Assembly: GCA_949282725.1 (NCBI GenBank)
Contig: CASDPP010000003.1
Span: 68,289 to 132,288 of the forward strand
Reading direction: 5' to 3'
DNA length: 64,000 bases
From: an uncultured Mycoplasmataceae bacterium
GTDB taxonomy: Bacteria > Bacillota_I > Bacilli_A > Mycoplasmatales > Mycoplasmoidaceae
Position 1 is the first letter of the stretch. Every line of letters starts with the position of its first letter. Shown here piece by piece: positions 58,904 through 64,000 of the stretch. Under the pieces are notes generated by a model, which did not search any database, was not told where the DNA came from, and was given only the letters and a program-made list of their open reading frames with translations. Both the position numbers and the translations under genes were made by a program.

Positions 58904-60251
58904 ATTCTTTATTTTTAATAACATCAAGGAAATGATCAAATAATTTTTGATGTTTGATAGAAGTTTCCACCATATCTAAATTGTTATTTTTAGTAAAGAA
59001 CTCTTTAATTTGTTCTTTTGTGTCAGAATATAATTTAGACATTTTTTCATAGAAAGAATCAAGATCTTTTTCAGTAATTTCAATTTTGTTTTGTTCAATT
59101 AATTGTTGAATTATTAGAATAATTGAAATATTTCTTTTAGAAGATTTATCTAAAAATTCTTCAACTTCTTTTTCATTTTTTAAACCTAATTGACTTGAAT
59201 AAATATCTTTAACATCTATGTTAAATGATTTAGCTCTTTTTTCATATTCATATTTTAAACGATTACGTTCTTTTTCAAGCAATCTACTAGGTAAATATGA
59301 GAACTTACTTTGTTCATAGAATTTCTCAGTAATATCATTTATAGTTTTATCTTTTAATTGCAATTCAGCACGATCTAAAATTAATTTTCTTGCATATTTG
59401 TTTAAATCATCTTTATTTTTAACATTTGGTAAATTTAAAGATTTAATATACTCATCATTAATTTCTGGTTTTTTAATTGATTTAATTTCTTTAATTTTAA
59501 TTTTAAAAGTAGCGGGTTTATTTTTTAAAGATTCTTCAAAATAATCTTCAGGGAATTTTACATTAATTTCTTTTTCTTCTCCTTCTTTAAGACCAATTAA
59601 TTGTTTTTCAAAACCAGGAATGAATGAATTAGAGCCAACGGTTAACTCATAATTTGTCGCACTACCACCATCAAATTCTTTACCATCAACATATCCAGTA
59701 AAATCAATAAAAGCAATGTCGCCATTTTTAATTGGTTCTTTTGAACTTGAAAACATTCAATCCTTTTTTAAAATACGGTCAACTTCAAATTCTACTTCAG
59801 CATCTGTAATTACAGGTTCTTCATATTTAATTTTTAATTTTTCAATTGTAGGTATTTCAATTTTCGGATAATTTTGGAATTCATATTTCAATACTAAAGA
59901 ATCAGGAGTTACTTCTTCAATTGAAGTAAGCATTGTATCAATAATTTCATGATTATCATTTAATTCATTTGAATTCATAAATTCAAAATGAATAAGTTGA
60001 GAAATATTATTTAAAGCATTTGCTAAAACATCTTTTGTGTTAATGTGTTTTTTTAATATTTGATCAGGAACTTTATTTTTTCTAAATCCCGGAACAGATA
60101 TTTTTGATTTGAATTTATTGAAAACTCGTTCTTGTTGTTTTTTTCATTCATTTTTGTCAACAAAGATTTTATAAGTGGTATCATTATCACTTGTGTGTTT
60201 TTTAACTTCTGATATATATTTTCTTTCAATTTTTTTAGTATTATTTTCCAT
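58896..60251 (-). CDS. tig: trigger factor
   Basis: 452 codons in one frame across TGA. The N-terminal ribosome-binding motif is SVPGFRKNKVP. The central FKBP-type PPIase is DFTGYVDGKEFDGGSATNYELTVGSNSFIPGFE. Confidence 0.9.
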
Positions 60252-60267
60252 AATTAGTAATTATAAC

Positions 60268-61011
60268 TTAATGCAATATTTTTTTATCTTTTTGTGTAAT
60301 TACTTTTATTCATGATTCAAAATCAGGAGATAGATCTACTTCATTTCCAAAACTTTTTAAAATATATTTAGAAATATTTAGAGCTAATTTTTTAATATCT
60401 GTTGTTCAATTATTTAAAAAATAATAATCAAAAATATCTTGGATAACAAAATAAGCCACATTATTAAGTGAAGGTTCTTTAATAAAAATTGATGAAACTT
60501 CATCAAATAATGATTTATAAAAAGGATCTTCATATGGCTCAGTAGGAGAATTATTAGTAACACGATTCATTTGTTTAGTTGATGAATTTAAAATATCAAA
60601 TTCAAAACTTAATTCGCATTCTTTTAATATTCCTAAAATAAAACGTTTAGTGTTATTTTTTACTTTTTCATCTAAAAATATTTGTTTGAAAACAGATAAA
60701 TCGGTTTCATCAAAAGCCCCCATATATTTAGTTAAATATAAAGTCAAAACATCAATATTAACATGATGATCGCGATAAACATGTGATAAAAACTCTAATT
60801 TAGACATATTTTGATATTTTGAAAGTTCTTTTTGAGATGAATATAAATTTTTAATGGCTATTTGTAGTTCTTGTAAAACATCAAAATATTTTGAAGGAAT
60901 GTATGGTTGGTTCATTTCTTCTTGAATTATTTCATACGCTTCTTGAATTTTTTTATTATCAATTAGCTTATATATTTTATTTATTAGTTCTTCGTAATAT
61001 TTGTCATTCAT
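60268..61011 (-). CDS. hypothetical protein
   Basis: Track ORF 60406..61011 extends through TGA to TAA at 60268, 248 codons. I recognise no family with confidence. Confidence 0.45.
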
Positions 61012-61012
61012 A

Positions 61013-61543
61013 TTAACCTAAAATATGTAGCTTTTTAACATCCATAAAACGATCTAGTTTATTTTCTTTAAATAATTGTTTTATTTTTGCTGCTGTATTA
61101 TTAATTTTATTAATTAATAATTGAGGATATTTAAAATTTTTTGAATTTTCTAAAAATTCTTTAGAATCTAGTAAGATCATTTTTTTATTATATGTAACAT
61201 TTCTTGCAACATAATCTAAATCAAAATCAATATATTTTAAAACACCATCTTCGACAATTGGTGGGCTAGCAAGATTAATATATAGTTCATAACCAGTATT
61301 TTTTTTACGAAAAATAATATTGAATCATTCATCTTTTAGAAAGAATCAAATCATTTTATATTTAATTTTAGAATGATAATGATTTTTAGTTCCTGAATGA
61401 TTTGTTATTATTTTTGAGTTATTGCCTTTGAAACAATATAATTCATTATTCTCAAAAACTAATTCAGGAAATTCTCAGGTACGATAAAGTCAACCATTAA
61501 ATTTGTATGCATGTATAGATAATTTTTTATGATTTTTTTTCAT
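61013..61543 (-). CDS. DUF402 / Ntdp-like nucleoside tri- and diphosphatase
   Basis: Hand translation gives MKKNHKKLSIHAYKFNGWLYRTWEF...YINLASPPIVEDGVLKYIDFDLDY, the DUF402 signature. Length is 177 codons. It was missed by the track because of frequent TGA codons. Confidence 0.6.
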
Positions 61544-62105
61544 TATTCTCAAAATATATTTTTTTAATACTAGGATATACAATCAAGATTATCGGGAAAT
61601 CTATCAAATAAATTATTCCTATAATTTCAACATTAATTAGAAATGATGCTCATCAACTATTGTTGGTATATCAAAGATAACCACACAAAGTATGTAAAAA
61701 TAGCTTTATACTAAAGATAATTAAAAGTGTAATTGCTAGAAAAACTATTTCGAGCGTTAATTTATATTCCTTAATTTTTAATTTGTTAAAGAACAATTTT
61801 ATTATATCATGGTGATAAATTAATGGAAAAAATATATATAGAGAAATAATATATTCTAATAAGAAATCTAAAAAATTTACACTTGCTGGTCAGACAACAC
61901 ACAACAATCAAGGTGTAACCAACAAATAAAAAAAAGCATATTTTTTACTAGAAATACATAATAATGATAAAGAAAATATTATTAAATATATATCTATTGG
62001 ATAACCGTTTAATATTAGAAAAAAATTAAAGACAAATTTTACTACTAAAGTAAGAGCCATTAATATTGATATTAAACAAAGATAATAAACATTAGATTTT
62101 TTCAT
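61527..62105 (-). CDS. ThiT-like thiamine transporter S component (putative)
   Basis: 193 codons across TGA codons, with about 6 TM helices. It lies immediately downstream of a TPP riboswitch. Confidence 0.5.
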
Positions 62106-62220
62106 AAAAAAAAACTGTGCAAAAGCACAGTTTTGAATCTATAAGACTTCCTCCGTAAGTATTAACTTAATCAGGTTTAACGGTATTTCTCAACTAAAAT
62201 AATTAGTACCCGTGCTTTAT
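62106..62220 (-). promoter_or_regulatory. TPP (thi-box) riboswitch with intrinsic terminator
   Basis: The minus-strand RNA is GCACGGGUACUAAUUAUUUUAGUUGAGAAAUACCGUUAAACCUGAUUAAGUUAAUACUUACGGAGGAAGUC. It shares UGAGAAAUACC, ACCUGAU, the UAAU-loop hairpin and GGAAGU with the E. coli thiM aptamer as I remember it. AAACUGUGC-UUUU-GCACAGUUU plus a U9 run follows and ends at the AUG. Confidence 0.8.
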
Positions 62221-62231
62221 TAATTTTTTAA

Positions 62232-62309
62232 TGGGGCGATTAATGGGACTTGAACCCACGAGTGCCTGAATCACAGTCAGGTGCGTTAGCCAGCTTCGCC
62301 ATAATCGCC
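62232..62309 (-). tRNA. tRNA-His (anticodon GUG) with encoded G-1
   Basis: The reverse complement is GGCGATTATGGCGAAGCTGGCTAACGCACCTGACTGTGATTCAGGCACTCGTGGGTTCAAGTCCCATTAATCGCCCCA. The extra 5' G pairs with C73, and the anticodon loop is CTGTGAT. Confidence 0.85.
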
Positions 62310-62350
62310 ATAAATTATTATATTTGAAATGTTAATTAAATATTAACAAA

Positions 62351-62773
62351 CTACTTATTAGAGATTTTTTTTAATTTATCAATTTCTTTTTGTAGTTTTG
62401 TTTGGATAAGATCAAAAGATTTTAAAGATGAAGATTCTATATTGATTAAAGCGTTAATTATTTTTTCTTCTCTTGCTTTAATAACATCTTGATTTTTGTT
62501 ATTATCGCCTATGATATCAAAGAAATCTGTAATAATGGAAATGGTGTTATCCTTTACAGAAAAAATACCAGAATTTATTAATGCTTTCACTCTATTATTT
62601 TTTAAATCTCTTATGTAACAAATAGAAGGAACTATTGCTCCTATTATAGGTGCATGATTTGCTAAAAGTCCGATATAACCATTAGTTGTTTTTAATTCTA
62701 CTTGTAAAACTTCATCTTCAAAAAAGACTCCTTCGGGTGTATTAATAATTAGTTTAACAGCTTTAAAAGACAT
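62351..62773 (-). CDS. atpC: F-type ATP synthase epsilon subunit
   Basis: KLIINTPEGVFFEDEVLQVELKTTNGYIGLLANHAPIIGAIVPS matches the epsilon N-terminal beta-sandwich signature. The C-terminal part is helical. Confidence 0.75.
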   Translation of the reverse strand: MSFKAVKLIINTPEGVFFEDEVLQVELKTTNGYIGLLANHAPIIGAIVPSICYIRDLKNNRVKALINSGIFSVKDNTISIITDFFDIIGDNNKNQDVIKAREEKIINALINIESSSLKSFDLIQTKLQKEIDKLKKISNK

Positions 62774-62778
62774 AATAA

Positions 62779-63414
62779 TTATTTTTTATTTGTTTGTTTA
62801 ATCACATTAAATGACATGAAAATTTTAATAATTTGGTTAACTATTTGATCAGAATCACGTGGTAGTTCATACACATTATCTAAATGGAAACACAAAATAC
62901 TTCCTGTAGTTTCACTAACTAAAAAAGCAAAACAGTCATATTTTTCTGTGATACCATAAGCAGCACGGTGTCTTGCACCATAGTCTATTTTAATGAATTT
63001 TTTTGATAATGGTAAATAACTTGAAACAGATGCTATTTTTCAATCTTTAATAATCATTGCACCGTCATGGAAAGGGGAATTTTTATTGTAAAAAATTGTG
63101 TAAACTAATTCAGGGAAAAATTCTGAATCAAGTTTATTACCAACATTAATGTAATGCGATAAACTATCATTGTTTTCAACAACAATAATCGCTCCAATTT
63201 TGTTTTGAGATAATTTTAGTAGTGTACTAGACAATGAAGGAATAAAAGTATTTATTTTTTCAATTTCATGTTTTTTCTTAAATAGTTTTTTAAATGTATG
63301 AGAAAATCATAATTTAATGTCTACATCAAAAAAATACACAATTATCATGATTGTAAGAATTACAATCAATAAAATTAAAATGGTTAATAATGCTATTTCA
63401 ATAGAAATATTCAT
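62779..63414 (-). CDS. cdaA: diadenylate cyclase CdaA (DisA_N/DAC domain)
   Basis: An N-terminal TM helix is followed by GAIIVVENN, FHDGAMIIKD and, after a TGA join, GARHRAAYGITEKYDCFAFLVSETTGSI. Length is 212 codons. Confidence 0.8.
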
Positions 63415-63426
63415 ATCTTTATTATA

Positions 63427-64000
63427 TTAATATAAATAATACTCAAAATTATTTTTTTTAAATTCATTAAGATATTTTCGTGTTTGATTTTTTTCTAAAT
63501 ATAAGACAATTTGATTTTTGTGGAATTTAGAAAAATAAATTATTTTATTTAGAAATATGTCTAATAATTCTTTGCTTTGTAAATAGTAGTTAGGAATTGG
63601 TAAGAGCAATTTATTTTTTTCATTTCTCGAATTAAAAGAGTTAAAAAATAAACGGATTATTTTTGTTGAAACAATTCTTTCATAAATATCATTGATAGTT
63701 TTGTTTTGTAAATATTCAATGTTTATCATTGAATCAATTGTATATAAAATTTTCGGTTTAAAATATAAACATCCCGACTTACTTTTGATTGTTTCAAATG
63801 AAATATTTAGTTCATTCGACAAAAGGATTTGGTCAATTCAATAAATTATTCTTTTTTCAGTATAGAAATTTTTTATTGTTTTTGAATTAATAAAATATAG
63901 AGATTGTTCATTTTCAAAAGGAATATAAAAATTATGTAAATTCAATAAAGTTTGTTCAATGTTAGAACAAAAAAGATTATGAATAGTTAGCTTAGCTTTC
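63427..64000 (-). CDS. hypothetical protein, C-terminal part (5' end beyond window)
   Basis: The open frame continues upstream of the track M, which is a TTG, through TGA to the window edge. I recognise no family. Confidence 0.35.

Noticed and set aside
62140-62231. The GC-enriched non-coding stretch after tRNA-His looked at first like an SRP (4.5S) RNA, because of the GGAAG and CCUGAU elements.
   Set aside because: It lacks the GNRA-capped helix 8 with AGCA/GGA symmetric-loop motifs. The same elements align far better to the TPP thi-box (UGAGAAAUACC, ACCUGAU, GGAAGU), and a terminator and a transporter gene follow.

Overview
This is a very AT-rich, Mollicutes-type (Mycoplasma-like) chromosome segment that must be read with translation table 4 (TGA = Trp). 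Conserved genes such as gyrB, secA, uvrB, pcrA, lepA, hsdR and yidC appear fragmented in the supplied standard-code ORF track. Their fragments share one frame and are separated only by TGA, so I merged them. The ORF track also reports some TTG starts as M.

The window is origin-proximal. On the minus strand it begins with gltX, an ispE-like kinase, rsmA, yidC, rnpA and rpmH, followed by dnaA on the plus strand. An ~8.2 kb minus-strand block then separates dnaA from dnaN-gyrB-gyrA. This block holds a BspA-like LRR surface protein, a GC-rich hairpin cluster, a small unknown protein with an Rx4H motif, and a complete Type I restriction-modification operon (hsdM-hsdS-hsdR).

The rest is mostly housekeeping:
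- replication, repair and translation genes: galE, pcrA, serS, tmk, holB, mnmE, tatD, uvrB, secA
- a glycosyltransferase / flippase-like / hydrolase cluster
- a MacB/FtsX-type ABC pair with a 1539-aa permease, and a YfcC-type transporter
- a small sigma-70-family protein upstream of rpmG-secE-nusG
- greA, engB, comEC-like, holA, cutC, rplJ-rplL, lepA
- ten tRNAs: tRNA-Lys; a seven-tRNA cluster of Pro, Met, Ile2, Ser, fMet, Asp and Phe; and Arg and His on the minus strand
- tig, a DUF402 phosphatase, cdaA and an unlinked atpC

The most interesting signal is the Type I R-M operon, which carries three simple-sequence switches and no recombinase:
- a C7 tract that currently frameshifts hsdM
- a C8 tract at the TRD1/TRD2 junction of hsdS, where one extra base would fuse the two half-genes in frame
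- three perfect 12-bp repeats encoding the TAEL spacer-ruler motif known from type IC enzymes

I also identify a TPP (thi-box) riboswitch with a terminator that abuts the start codon of a ThiT-like membrane protein gene. No rRNA, CRISPR array, transposase or integrase was seen.
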